This document shows positions 19,008-28,613 of a DNA stretch of 39,174 nucleotides, piece after piece. A program made the translations under genes and the position numbers. This stretch comes from an uncultured Planctomycetia bacterium (GTDB lineage: Bacteria > Omnitrophota > Gorgyraeia > JAGLLT01 > CAZKQD01), in NCBI GenBank assembly GCA_964554835.1, contig CAZKQD010000001.1:1220-40393 (forward strand). The letters are read 5' to 3'. How positions within the stretch are numbered: the first letter of the stretch is position 1; every line of letters starts with the position of its first letter. The notes beneath the pieces were generated by a model. It saw only the letters and a list, made by a program, of their open reading frames with translations, made no database searches and was not told the origin of the DNA.

Positions 19008-19074
19008 AATGAGCTCACAATTTACGGAACGATAGTGAACATAAATCGTATGAGCGAATTAAACCCCCCATCAC
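19008..19074 (-). repeat. Hairpin repeat unit, copy A (mcsA-mcsB spacer)
   Basis: Plus strand: AATGAGCTCACAATTTACGGAACGATAGTGAACATAAATCGTATGAGCGAATTAAACCCCCCATCAC. By eye it differs from copy B (23813..23878) by about 8 substitutions and one 1-nt indel. It contains an internal inverted repeat (CAATTTAC / ATAAATCG). Confidence 0.85.
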
Positions 19075-19098
19075 TCACTTCGTAAGTTTAAGCTTCAT

Positions 19099-19593
19099 TC
19101 ACTTTCTTTTCAATTCTCTAATTTTATCCCTTAGTTTTGCTGCTTCTTCATATTCTTCTTCTTCTACTGCTTTGTATAATTTCTGCTCTAGGTTTTGCAT
19201 TTCTCTTATCTTGGATGTCTTCTTATATGTCTTCTTGGGTGCACTTCCTATATGTTGAGATGAGCCATGTATGCTCTTTAAAAGCGGAATAAGGCCTTTT
19301 CTAAATGTCTCATAGCACTGGCTGCAACCCAGGCGGCCTGTTCTTTTAAAGTCCTCAAAGGTTAATCCACAATTAGGACATTTGAGTTTGGTTTTTTCAG
19401 GTAATTCATGTTCTAAAGCCGGGATATCAAAGTCAGTTAATTCTGCCAGAAAATCTGCTAAGCCGAATTTCTTACCCATCATTCCTTTCTTGATAGCACA
19501 CTCCTCACATATATGAATCTCCTCTACCATGCCATTTACTATTTCTGTTACATGAATTGTTGCCTCATTCTTATGGCATATATCACAGAGCAT
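19099..19593 (-). CDS. mcsA: McsA (UvrB/UvrC-motif protein, activator of McsB)
   Basis: N-terminal zinc-finger pairs (CDICHKNEA...HICEECA; CPNCGLTF...CSQCY). C-terminal UVR motif (YEEAAKLRDKIRELK). Confidence 0.85.
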   Translation of the reverse strand: MLCDICHKNEATIHVTEIVNGMVEEIHICEECAIKKGMMGKKFGLADFLAELTDFDIPALEHELPEKTKLKCPNCGLTFEDFKRTGRLGCSQCYETFRKGLIPLLKSIHGSSQHIGSAPKKTYKKTSKIREMQNLEQKLYKAVEEEEYEEAAKLRDKIRELKRK

Positions 19594-20461
19594 ATCTTAC
19601 TCCCTTTACTTTAGTTAACTTCCTGAATTCGCTTATAAATTCCTTGGTAATATCACCTGGTTTACCATCTCTAATAATATGATGATCAATTTCAATAACA
19701 GGAATAATTTCAGCTGCAGTACCAGTTAAAAAACTCTCATCTGCTTCAAATAATTCATCAAGTTTCAATAGTTTCTTCTCAACTTCAATGCCTTTACTAT
19801 GTGCAATCTCAATAACTGTATCTCTGGTAATGCCTTCTAGGGTTCCCGCCTTGATGGAAGGCGTAATTAACTTCTTATTTTTTACCATAAATATATTATC
19901 ACCTGTGCATTCACAAACATAGCCTTCAGAATTTAACATAAGTGCCTCTTCTACACCTGATTTAGTGGCTTCAATTTTTGCTAAAATATTATTTAAGTAG
20001 TTAAGGCTTTTAATAGTTGGCGGCAGAGCCCTATTGCTGTTTCTTTCTGTCTTGGCTATAATAATCTTTAAACCTTTTTCATAAAATTCTCCTGGATAAA
20101 GTGAAATTTTATCTGCGATAATAAAAACAGATGGCTCTTCGCACTTATAAGGATCAAGCCCTAAGTCCCCAATGCCTCTTGTAACTACTAATCTTATATA
20201 GGCATCTCTTAACTTATTGATTTTAAGAGTACTGATAACCACCTCTTCCATTTCTTCTTTGGTCATAGGGATCTTTAATTCAATGCCCTCTGCCGATTTG
20301 TATAGCCGATTTATATGCCCCTTTAATTGAAAGACTAAATAGTCGTATGAACGTATGCCTTCAAAGACACCATCTCCATATAAAAGACCGTGGTCAAAGA
20401 TAGAAATCTTCGCCTCGTCTTTATCAATAAATTTACCATTTAAATAGATTTTAAGCGCCAT
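19583..20461 (-). CDS. ilvE: Branched-chain amino acid aminotransferase (class IV)
   Basis: Class IV PLP aminotransferase pattern (GLLYGDGVFEGIR, ...EGITR, LTGTAAEIIPV); 292 aa; 11-nt overlap with mcsA. Confidence 0.85.
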   Translation of the reverse strand: MALKIYLNGKFIDKDEAKISIFDHGLLYGDGVFEGIRSYDYLVFQLKGHINRLYKSAEGIELKIPMTKEEMEEVVISTLKINKLRDAYIRLVVTRGIGDLGLDPYKCEEPSVFIIADKISLYPGEFYEKGLKIIIAKTERNSNRALPPTIKSLNYLNNILAKIEATKSGVEEALMLNSEGYVCECTGDNIFMVKNKKLITPSIKAGTLEGITRDTVIEIAHSKGIEVEKKLLKLDELFEADESFLTGTAAEIIPVIEIDHHIIRDGKPGDITKEFISEFRKLTKVKGVRYAL

Positions 20462-20478
20462 TAAATTACCTCATCTCA

Positions 20479-21162
20479 TTATAAGAATTTACCATCTTTA
20501 ATTTTGATCACTTTATCTGCTACTTCAGTCATTGACTCATCGTGGCTTACAATTATAAATGTTTGCTTTTTTTCTCGATTTAGCTCTTTAAGCAACTCCA
20601 TTAGCCTATTTGAATTTTCAGAATCAAGATTACCTGTTGGCTCATCGCATAGAAGAAGTTCTGGTTCATTCATCAGAGCTCTTGCTACTGCGACTCTCTG
20701 CTGTTCACCTCCTGATAACTCATTGGGTTTATGATGAGTTCTTTCAGATAGACCAACATTATTAAGTAAGATTTGAGCTCTCTGATTAACTTTTCTCTTA
20801 GATAACCTGCCTGTATTTTTAATCATAGCCGGAAGCATCACATTCTCTAAAGCAGTGAATTCAGGCAAAAGGTGATAAAACTGAAAAACAAAGCCTATTT
20901 TTTTATTTATTATTGAGGCTCTTTTATTGTCGTTTATCTTATAAATATCTATATTATCTATTAAGATTCTTCCTTTTTGAGGATAATCTAAGCCACCCAG
21001 CACATGCAACAAAGTTGACTTACCAGCTCCTGATGGCCCAATTACAACAATTATCTTCCCCTTGGGTATCTTCAAACTTAAACCTTTTAAGACGTGAAGT
21101 TTATCGCCTGCGCTGGGATAACTCTTATGGATATTATCTGCCTCTAATATATAATCATTCAT
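20479..21162 (-). CDS. lolD: Lipoprotein-releasing system ATP-binding protein LolD
   Basis: Walker A GPSGAGKST, signature LSGGEQQRVAVARAL, Walker B LLCDEPTGNLD; downstream of and overlapping the FtsX-type permease. Confidence 0.85.
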   Translation of the reverse strand: MNDYILEADNIHKSYPSAGDKLHVLKGLSLKIPKGKIIVVIGPSGAGKSTLLHVLGGLDYPQKGRILIDNIDIYKINDNKRASIINKKIGFVFQFYHLLPEFTALENVMLPAMIKNTGRLSKRKVNQRAQILLNNVGLSERTHHKPNELSGGEQQRVAVARALMNEPELLLCDEPTGNLDSENSNRLMELLKELNREKKQTFIIVSHDESMTEVADKVIKIKDGKFL

Positions 21163-22336
21163 ATCTTATCGCCTCAACCGGCTTTAATTTCGCTGCCTGA
21201 TAAGCAGGATATAGAGTCGCTAGATAAGAGATAAGAATTGCAGCTAATCCAATTATTAAAGAATCGCTCCATTTAATCTGAACAGGTAAAGTTTCTATAT
21301 AATATATATCAGGTGGTAATTTTATGAATTTGTACGTTTTAAGCAGATAACAAAGCAGAAATCCTATTCCTGCTCCGATGATAGTGCCTAATGTTCCTAT
21401 AATTAGCCCACAATAAGTAAATATTAAAGCAATGCTTCTTCTTGTTGCGCCAAGCGATTTTAAGATCCCCACATCTCTCGTCTTCTCCATAACCGTCATT
21501 ATCAAGGTGCTTATAATATTAAAAGAGGCAACTAAAACTATCAAAACTAAGATAATAAACATTACAGTTTTCTCTAATTTTAAAGAAGAAAATAAATTTT
21601 TATTTACCCCCATCCAGGTTCTAACCCAGTAACCAAAACCTAATTTTTTTATTATATTTTTTTTTATCTCTTTGGCTAAGAAAAGATTATCAGTCTTAAT
21701 GCCTATTGCTCCAATTAGGTTTTTGGTATCAAAGAAGGATTGAGCACTAGATAAAGATATATAAGCCAAAGTTGAATCATACTCATACATTCCAGAACTA
21801 AATATGCCCTTGACTTTAAACTCAAAGCCTTTTCTGTCTATAGGAGAAATAGCTGTGATTATATCGCCTATTTTTAAATTAAATGCTTTGGCCAATTGAT
21901 TGCCGATAACTATGTCATTTTTACCCTTTGGCAAAGAGCCTTTTATGATATAATTTTCTATATTGGTAACCCCTACTTCTCTTTTTGAATCTATGCCTCT
22001 TATTAGGACCCCTGAAGCCTGCTTGTCTTTCTTAAGCATGGCTTGTCCTTCAATGAATGGGCTGGCTCCTTCTATGTGTTTAATATCTTTGAGCTTTTCA
22101 ATTATCTCGTCAGGATGAGCAATGCCGCCTGATTCTTGAATGTAAATATGCGGATTTACGCCTACTATTTTTTGGCGTAAATCTCTATCAAAGCCGTTCA
22201 TAACAGAAAGAACAACTATCAGAGCCATTACTCCCACAGCCACCCCTGCTACTGAAATGAAGGTAACTATAGATATAAATCTACTTTTATGTCTTGATCT
22301 TAAATATCTTAAAGCGACTCTTAGTTCAAATTTCAT
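21155..22336 (-). CDS. lolC: Lipoprotein-releasing system permease LolC/E family (FtsX-like)
   Basis: MKFELRVALRYLRS... N-terminus typical of LolC/E. MacB-like periplasmic domain. C-terminal FtsX domain (ILKSLGATRRSIALIF). Confidence 0.8.
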   Translation of the reverse strand: MKFELRVALRYLRSRHKSRFISIVTFISVAGVAVGVMALIVVLSVMNGFDRDLRQKIVGVNPHIYIQESGGIAHPDEIIEKLKDIKHIEGASPFIEGQAMLKKDKQASGVLIRGIDSKREVGVTNIENYIIKGSLPKGKNDIVIGNQLAKAFNLKIGDIITAISPIDRKGFEFKVKGIFSSGMYEYDSTLAYISLSSAQSFFDTKNLIGAIGIKTDNLFLAKEIKKNIIKKLGFGYWVRTWMGVNKNLFSSLKLEKTVMFIILVLIVLVASFNIISTLIMTVMEKTRDVGILKSLGATRRSIALIFTYCGLIIGTLGTIIGAGIGFLLCYLLKTYKFIKLPPDIYYIETLPVQIKWSDSLIIGLAAILISYLATLYPAYQAAKLKPVEAIRYE

Positions 22337-22377
22337 GTTTAGTCGTTAGTATTTAGTATTCACTAACAGCTGTCTGT

Positions 22378-23808
22378 TTACGCGGGTTTAAGCTGCGGGA
22401 ACAAAATTACTTCTCTAATTGATGCCTTATCTGTTAATAGCATAACTAATCTATCAATGCCAACACCTAATCCTCCTGCGGGAGGCATGCCGTATTCTAA
22501 GGCTCTTAAGAAATCTTCATCAATTTTATGTTTTTTATCTTCCTTTTTCTCCTGCTGGACTTTTATGCGTTCGGCCTGTTCCCGGGGATCATTTAACTCA
22601 GAATAGGCATTAGCTAATTCCAATCCGCCAATAAATAATTCAAACCTTTCTGCAAGAAGTGGTTCATCTTTTTTGGTCTTAGCTAACGGACTTACCTCTG
22701 TAAAATAGTCAGTAAAAAAAGTAGGCTTATGCGCCTCTTGTTCATCTAATAGATCTTCAGCCAATTTTAAAAGCGAAGAACGGCTTACGCCTTTTTCAAT
22801 ATCCATTCCAAATTTTTCAGCTAAGATTTTCTTCCATTCTTCAGGATTTTTTTCATCGGGTTTAATGCCGATAGTCCTGGCAAAAGATTTTCTATTCCAC
22901 GGAGGAGTCAAATCAATTTCTTTACCCTGATATTTAATCTTTAATGTGCCCAGAACTTCTTCTGCCACATAGGTTATTAACTCTTCAGTTAATCTCATCA
23001 TATCTTCATAATCACTATATGCCTCATATACCTCCAGCATAGTAAATTCTGGATTATGTTTAGTTGAAATGCCTTCGTTTCTAAAAGAACGGTTGAGCTC
23101 ATAAATCTTCTCAAATCCGCCAACGAGAAGTTTCTTTAAATATAACTCTGGCGCAATCCTTAAATATAAATCTATATCAAAAACATTATGATGGGTCTTA
23201 AAAGGTTTACCCGTTGCCCCGCCTGATACATAATGCATCATGGGTGTTTCAACTTCAAGGTAACCTTTCTTATCTAAAAACTCTTTTATCTTGCTGATAA
23301 TCTCACATCTTATTCTAAATATTTCCTTAATTTCTTCATTTGAGATTAAATCCAGATACCTCTGTCTGAATCTTACCTCAATATCTTTTAGGCCATGCCA
23401 TTTTTCAGGCAGAGGCCTGAGTGATTTGGAAAGAAGGTTCAATTTCTTGACCTGGATGGTAATCTCACCCGTTCTTGTCTTAAAGAGCTCACCTTCAACT
23501 CCGATAATATCTCCTATATCTAATCTTTCAAAGAGCCAGAAATCATCCTCTGAAATCAATCCCTTCTTTATATAAACCTGAATTCTCTCTAACTCATCCC
23601 TAATATCCAGGAAAGCGCTCTTGCCATGACTCCTTAAGGCTATTATTCGGCCAGCCACCTTAACTAAAAGACCTTCCTTAAACCTCTCTTTTATCTCTTT
23701 TATGGGATGTATTTCTTCAAACTTACGGCCGTAAGGGTCGATTCCTTTTCGTCTGATTTCATCTAACTTTTTTATTCTTTGTTTTATAATTTCATTTAAG
23801 TTTTTCAT
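22378..23808 (-). CDS. lysS: Lysine--tRNA ligase (class II); start placed at ATG 23808 rather than the GTG at 23823
   Basis: OB-fold N-domain and class II motifs (FRNEGISTKHNPEFTMLE, ELANAYSELNDP, GGLGVGIDRLVMLL). The GTG at 23823 lies inside repeat copy B, so the ATG (MKNLNEIIKQR) is preferred. Confidence 0.93.
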   Translation of the reverse strand: MKNLNEIIKQRIKKLDEIRRKGIDPYGRKFEEIHPIKEIKERFKEGLLVKVAGRIIALRSHGKSAFLDIRDELERIQVYIKKGLISEDDFWLFERLDIGDIIGVEGELFKTRTGEITIQVKKLNLLSKSLRPLPEKWHGLKDIEVRFRQRYLDLISNEEIKEIFRIRCEIISKIKEFLDKKGYLEVETPMMHYVSGGATGKPFKTHHNVFDIDLYLRIAPELYLKKLLVGGFEKIYELNRSFRNEGISTKHNPEFTMLEVYEAYSDYEDMMRLTEELITYVAEEVLGTLKIKYQGKEIDLTPPWNRKSFARTIGIKPDEKNPEEWKKILAEKFGMDIEKGVSRSSLLKLAEDLLDEQEAHKPTFFTDYFTEVSPLAKTKKDEPLLAERFELFIGGLELANAYSELNDPREQAERIKVQQEKKEDKKHKIDEDFLRALEYGMPPAGGLGVGIDRLVMLLTDKASIREVILFPQLKPA

Positions 23809-23812
23809 ATTT

Positions 23813-23878
23813 AATGAGCGCACGATTTACAGAATATAGTGAATGTAAATCGTATGCGCGAATTAAACCCCCCACCAC
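23813..23878 (-). repeat. Hairpin repeat unit, copy B (5 nt upstream of the lysS ATG)
   Basis: Plus strand: AATGAGCGCACGATTTACAGAATATAGTGAATGTAAATCGTATGCGCGAATTAAACCCCCCACCAC. Stem GCGCACGATTTACA / TGTAAATCGTATGCGC. Inverted relative to copy C. Confidence 0.85.
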
Positions 23879-23913
23879 TTTTTATTTCTCTATACAATTA
23901 TCTATTCTCTTCA

Positions 23914-24036
23914 TTAATTCTTTGTTGAAACACACAATCCTTTGTTATGCTCATTAAATCTCTTTTTTAAACTATTCGTATAACCCACGTATAAGCTTTT
24001 GTCTTTCTTGCTCTGCAATACATATATATAATACAT
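23914..24036 (-). pseudogene. Truncated GIY-YIG nuclease family gene (N-terminal 40 codons only)
   Basis: Translation is MYYIYVLQSKKDKSLYVGYTNSLKKRFNEHNKGLCVSTKN*. It carries the (G/Y)IY...Y(I/V)G...R..EHN signature of small GIY-YIG (URI/COG2827-type) proteins. It stops before the conserved C-terminal half, including the catalytic Glu region. Not in the ORF track because it is under 60 aa. Confidence 0.65.
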
Positions 24037-24046
24037 TTCTCAAAAA

Positions 24047-24124
24047 GTGGTGGGCGGGTCAAATTTGGACAGACAATTTACGTTCATCCCGAAATTTCGG
24101 GATTCCGTAAATTGTGTCCTCATT
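24047..24124 (+). repeat. Hairpin repeat unit, copy C (inverted relative to A/B)
   Basis: GTGGTGGGCGGGTCAAATTTGGACAGACAATTTACGTTCATCCCGAAATTTCGGGATTCCGTAAATTGTGTCCTCATT. It aligns with the reverse complements of A and B (GTGRTGGG..GGGT..AATT...ATTTAYRTTCA...TYCYGTAAATYGTG..CTCATT). The loop carries the perfect palindrome ATCCCGAAATTTCGGGAT. Confidence 0.8.
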
Positions 24125-24148
24125 TTGAGACACCAACCCTTACTGGTA

Positions 24149-24177
24149 ATTATATAGTAAAAAGGCGTAACTGTCAA
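24149..24177 (-). promoter_or_regulatory. Consensus sigma70-type promoter TTGACA-17-TATAAT directed toward copy C, the GIY-YIG remnant and lysS
   Basis: Minus strand: TTGACA at 24177..24172 (immediately after the lnt TAG stop), 17-nt spacer, TATAAT at 24154..24149. Confidence 0.55.
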
Positions 24178-25728
24178 CTATCTCTGCAATAAGGCTTTTG
24201 TGGTCTGAGCAAGAATAAGACTAAGACAAATAAGGACAAAAATATCGCCGAATTTAGTATAAAATGTTCTTATTTTTTGAATATAAACAGCTTGAGTTTG
24301 ATAACCCTCAATGAAGATATCCTCTCCATCGGATGAGACTCTTTTTGTTATTCTGCCATAAGGATCAATAAAGCAGGATATGCCGGTATTAGAAGCTCTG
24401 ATTAAATTTATTCTATTCTCAGCTGCCCTGAATACTGAGGTCTGAAGATGTTGATATGGTTCTGTTGAATGCATAAACCAGGCATCGTTACTAATGTTTA
24501 CCATGAAATCAGCGCCATCTTTTACAAAATTCCTGACAAAATCAGAAAATATATCTTCAAAGCAAATTAAGACTCCGAACTTTTCATTCCTTACATTAAA
24601 GAGTGTATGTTCTCTGCCTTTGGTCCAATCAGCAATCTTATATATGTCTTTAGAAAACCCAAAAATAAATGGCAGGGGCGTATATTCGCCAAATGGAACA
24701 AGGTGAATTTTGTTATAGATTTTGCCCACCTTACCCTTATTTGAAATAATAGCGGCGCTATTATAAAATCTTTTCTCGTTTCTATCCTGCGTGGCTACAC
24801 CGAGAAGTATGGGGGTTTTTATATCTTTGGCCAGCTTAGACATCTGCTTTAGGAGATCGGTCTCCCTGAGATACCCAGGAAGTGAGGTTTCAGGCCATAT
24901 GATAATATCTGGACTATCAAAGGATGCCATTTTAGTAAGTTTTTTATATTTTTCTAATATCAAATTCCTGTAAAATGGCTCCCATTTTTGACATTGAGGA
25001 ACATTGCCTTGTATAACAGACACCTTTAATTTTTTACCCTCTAAGGGATTATCTAATTTAATATCTCCGTAGATATAGACTAATAATAAAGAAAGAACAG
25101 ATATTAAAACTACAATGGATGTCTTTTTTAAATATTTTTTATTGAATAGAACAATGGCTTTAATGTTTAGAATAAGTTCTGCCATTGCTACATTAATTAA
25201 AACAATGAGAAAAGATAGGCCATAAACTCCTGTCCAAGTTGCAATCTGTATAAAGCTTAAATTTTGATACTGTGAATATCCTAAAGATACCCAGCCAAAT
25301 CCACTAAATAATAAATGACTGCGCAGATATTCTAAAATTACCCATAAGGAAGGAATGACAAAAAGTTGACTAAAAAATCTAATTGCTTTAGCTTTATAAA
25401 GAAATTTAAGAATAAGACTGAATAAAATAAAATAAATAATGAGATAACCAATAAGTAAAATTAATCCAAGGATAGTGACGTAATATAACCAATATAAAGT
25501 AATGCTATAAAAAACAAGGCCGCATAAAAATGCCTCAATTATAAGTCTTTTAATGTTGTTTTCTTTTTCTATAACAATAAGAAATGGTATAAGAGAAAAC
25601 CAAATAAGCCACTCAAGGCCAATATTGCAAAAAGCTAAAGATAAAAGCAAACCAGATATAATTGATAAAAGATAAAGGAAATTTTTCAACGCCCGCAACA
25701 CTTTTTGTACTTTTTGCCGCTTCCGCAT
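24178..25728 (-). CDS. lnt: Apolipoprotein N-acyltransferase
   Basis: Multi-TM N-terminal half plus C-terminal CN-hydrolase domain ([32 protein letters not shown]). The longest ORF overlaps the secA 3' end by 43 nt, so the start is uncertain. Confidence 0.88.
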   Translation of the reverse strand: MRKRQKVQKVLRALKNFLYLLSIISGLLLSLAFCNIGLEWLIWFSLIPFLIVIEKENNIKRLIIEAFLCGLVFYSITLYWLYYVTILGLILLIGYLIIYFILFSLILKFLYKAKAIRFFSQLFVIPSLWVILEYLRSHLLFSGFGWVSLGYSQYQNLSFIQIATWTGVYGLSFLIVLINVAMAELILNIKAIVLFNKKYLKKTSIVVLISVLSLLLVYIYGDIKLDNPLEGKKLKVSVIQGNVPQCQKWEPFYRNLILEKYKKLTKMASFDSPDIIIWPETSLPGYLRETDLLKQMSKLAKDIKTPILLGVATQDRNEKRFYNSAAIISNKGKVGKIYNKIHLVPFGEYTPLPFIFGFSKDIYKIADWTKGREHTLFNVRNEKFGVLICFEDIFSDFVRNFVKDGADFMVNISNDAWFMHSTEPYQHLQTSVFRAAENRINLIRASNTGISCFIDPYGRITKRVSSDGEDIFIEGYQTQAVYIQKIRTFYTKFGDIFVLICLSLILAQTTKALLQR

Positions 25729-28553
25729 GGACAGGGATCATTCCGTCCTACTTTAGGTTTTTCTCTTCTATGAGGTGTAGACTTAGCTGTCTCGGGTTCT
25801 TGTCTTTCTCTAAACTGTTCAGGTGTTGGTGTTCCTTTTTGGGGAAGAGGCTGTGAGAATTGACCAAACTCAGAGTGTTCATACTGCTGAGGAATAACCC
25901 CAAAAATTGTCCTTCTTTCTTTGTCCTCAATGGGTTGAACTTTATAGATAAATTCGGTTACTTCCTCTTTTATTCTATGAATCATCTCCGAGAATACTCT
26001 AAAACCTTCATTTTTATACTCCACTAAAGGGTTCTTTTGGCCATAGGCCCTTAAGCCGATACCTTGTTTTAAATCATCCATTACATAAAGGTGGTCCTTC
26101 CATTTAGAATCAACTGTCTGAAGCATAATTACTTTTTCTAACCCACGCATTTTATCAGGGCCTATTTTTTGCTCTTTTTCATCGTATATATTTTGCAGTC
26201 TATCTATTATAACTTGCTGGATTTCATCAGGCTCTTTCTCCTGATAACTTAGCCTTGAAATATCTAAACTATACGTAGCGCGCAACCATTCAACTAATCC
26301 ATTAAAATCCCAGTCTTCAGCAGGAACATTTTTATTTAAATAGAGAGCATTCTTTTCATCTAGTATATCTTCAAGCATCTGGAAGATATGCTCTTTTAGA
26401 TTCTGTCCTTCTAAAATCATATGTCTCTGTTCATAGATTATCTCACGCTGCTTATTCATAACATCATCATATTCCAAAAGATGTTTTCTTATATCGAAGT
26501 TATAACCCTCGACTCTCCTTTGAGCCCTTTCTATGGCTCCTGTAATTAAAGAATGCTGAATTGCTTGGCCTTCCTCTAGGCCCAATCTATCCATAACATT
26601 TGCAATCTTCTCTGAGCCAAATATCCTCAAAAGATTATCCTCTAAGGATAAATAAAATTTAGACGCACCAGGTGTTCCTTGACGTCCCGCGCGACCTCTT
26701 AATTGGTTATCAATTCTCCTGGATTCATGTCTTTCGGTTCCCAAAACATGTAAACCGCCTAAATTCATAACTTTTTCCTTTTCTCTTTCTACCTCGCTTT
26801 TAAAATTATTTATAAGTTCCTGTTTTTTCTTCTCATAGTTTTCAGAGTCTGGTTGTATTTCCTGCTTTCTTAATGCATCCTCTGCCATATACTCGACATT
26901 GCCGCCTAATTTTATATCAGTTCCACGACCTGCCATATTAGTTGCAATTGTTACAGCTTTTAACTCTCCGGCCTGAGCTATAATATAGGCTTCTCTTTCG
27001 TGATATCTTGCATTTAGGACTTCATGGGGAATATTTCTTTTTTTCAATATGCGGCTTATTTCTTCGGATTTCTCAATTGAGATAGTTCCGACTAAAATAG
27101 GACGGCTTTCATTATAATTTTTAGCTATTTCATCGCATAAGGCCTGAAATTTTTCTCTTTCACTTTTATATATAACATCAGATAAATCTTCTCTAACGCA
27201 GGGTGCGTTGGTAGGAATAGTAATAACATCCAATTTATAAATATGATTGAATTCGCTGGCTTCAGTTGCAGCTGTGCCGCTCATACCGGCTAATTTTTTA
27301 TACATCCTGAAATAATTCTGAAAAGTTACGGTAGCTAATGTTTGATTTTCCCTTTCTATCCTTACGCCCTCTTTGGCTTCAATTGCCTGATGAAGTCCAT
27401 CTGACCAGCGCCTACCAGGCATAAGACGACCGGTAAATTCATCAACAATCAAGACCTGGCCGTCTTTAATCATATAATCTATGTCTCTTTTAAAATTGTG
27501 GTGCGCCTTTAAGGCCTGATCGACATGATGTTTGTATTCCATGGTGTCTATATCATGGAGACTTTTTAAATTTAGAAGCTCGGCTGCCTTAATTTCTCCC
27601 TCTTCCGTTAGATAGGTATTTTTTGATTTTTCATCTACAATAAAGTCGCCTGTTTCTTCTTTTGTTTCTTCGTTGAATGTTCCTGCTTTTAGTTGAGGAA
27701 CGATTTTATCTATTTTGTAATATTTATCTGTAGATTCTTCTGCCGGGCCTGAAATAATCAAAGGAGTTCTCGCCTCATCTATTAAAATGCTGTCTACCTC
27801 ATCTACGATTGTGAAATGAAAATCTCTCTGGACCATCTGCTCTTTTTCGATAACCATATTATCTCTTAGATAATCAAAGCCAAATTCATTATTGGTGCCG
27901 TATGTTATATCACAGCCGTAGGCCTTTTTTCTTTCTTCTGGTCTCATATCATGTTGTATAGCGCCAACAGAAAGCCCTAAAAATTCATAGACAGGACCCA
28001 TCCATTCTCTATCTCTTTTAGCTAAATAGTCATTGGTTGTTACAACATGAACTCCTTGGCTTGTTAATGCATTTAAATAGGCAGGAAGAGTGGCAACGAG
28101 GGTTTTCCCTTCACCATTAGCCATCTCAGTGATATTGCCTTTATGCAAAACATAGCCGCCTATTAGCTGGACATCATAATGACGAAGACCTATAGCCCTT
28201 CTTGCTACTTCTCTTACAACCGCAAAAGCCTCAGGAAGTATATTATCAAGAATCTCTTCCTGTTTATTAAATAATTCATCTTTAAACTTCTCTAATTCAT
28301 AAAGTAAAGTATCTCTTTGACTTAATGGAGCCTGGCTTATTTTCTCTTTTAAGTCATTAACTTTATCTTTTAGATGTTTAGTTTCCGCATTTAGTTTATT
28401 CTTATACTCATCTGTCTTCTTGCGTAAATCTTCATCAGACAGTTTGCTTATAGCGGGTTCAAGTGCATTAATTTTTTCTACTATGGGCTGTATACGTTTT
28501 AAGAAGCGCTCATTGTGTGTTCCGACAATTTTGTGTAATAGAAAATTAAACAT
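25686..28553 (-). CDS. secA: Preprotein translocase ATPase SecA
   Basis: Typical N-terminus ([15 protein letters not shown]), DEAD-like motor motifs ([52 protein letters not shown]), C-terminal zinc finger [25 protein letters not shown]. Confidence 0.97.
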   Translation of the reverse strand: MFNFLLHKIVGTHNERFLKRIQPIVEKINALEPAISKLSDEDLRKKTDEYKNKLNAETKHLKDKVNDLKEKISQAPLSQRDTLLYELEKFKDELFNKQEEILDNILPEAFAVVREVARRAIGLRHYDVQLIGGYVLHKGNITEMANGEGKTLVATLPAYLNALTSQGVHVVTTNDYLAKRDREWMGPVYEFLGLSVGAIQHDMRPEERKKAYGCDITYGTNNEFGFDYLRDNMVIEKEQMVQRDFHFTIVDEVDSILIDEARTPLIISGPAEESTDKYYKIDKIVPQLKAGTFNEETKEETGDFIVDEKSKNTYLTEEGEIKAAELLNLKSLHDIDTMEYKHHVDQALKAHHNFKRDIDYMIKDGQVLIVDEFTGRLMPGRRWSDGLHQAIEAKEGVRIERENQTLATVTFQNYFRMYKKLAGMSGTAATEASEFNHIYKLDVITIPTNAPCVREDLSDVIYKSEREKFQALCDEIAKNYNESRPILVGTISIEKSEEISRILKKRNIPHEVLNARYHEREAYIIAQAGELKAVTIATNMAGRGTDIKLGGNVEYMAEDALRKQEIQPDSENYEKKKQELINNFKSEVEREKEKVMNLGGLHVLGTERHESRRIDNQLRGRAGRQGTPGASKFYLSLEDNLLRIFGSEKIANVMDRLGLEEGQAIQHSLITGAIERAQRRVEGYNFDIRKHLLEYDDVMNKQREIIYEQRHMILEGQNLKEHIFQMLEDILDEKNALYLNKNVPAEDWDFNGLVEWLRATYSLDISRLSYQEKEPDEIQQVIIDRLQNIYDEKEQKIGPDKMRGLEKVIMLQTVDSKWKDHLYVMDDLKQGIGLRAYGQKNPLVEYKNEGFRVFSEMIHRIKEEVTEFIYKVQPIEDKERRTIFGVIPQQYEHSEFGQFSQPLPQKGTPTPEQFRERQEPETAKSTPHRREKPKVGRNDPCPCGSGKKYKKCCGR

Positions 28554-28613
28554 TTAGTTATAACCCCTCCTTAAGCAACTAGATTAAAATTTTAACACAT
28601 ATGATGATTTATG

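Noticed and set aside
23823-23823. GTG at 23823 as the lysS start codon (as in the ORF track).
   Set aside because: This GTG lies inside repeat copy B. The ATG at 23808 gives an N-terminus (MKNLNEIIKQRIKKL) typical of LysS. Neither candidate has an SD, so some uncertainty remains.
25748-25930. 60-aa minus-strand ORF in an alternative frame inside the secA 3' region.
   Set aside because: It overlaps the conserved SecA C-terminal coding frame and shows no motif and no SD. It is most simply a chance open frame.
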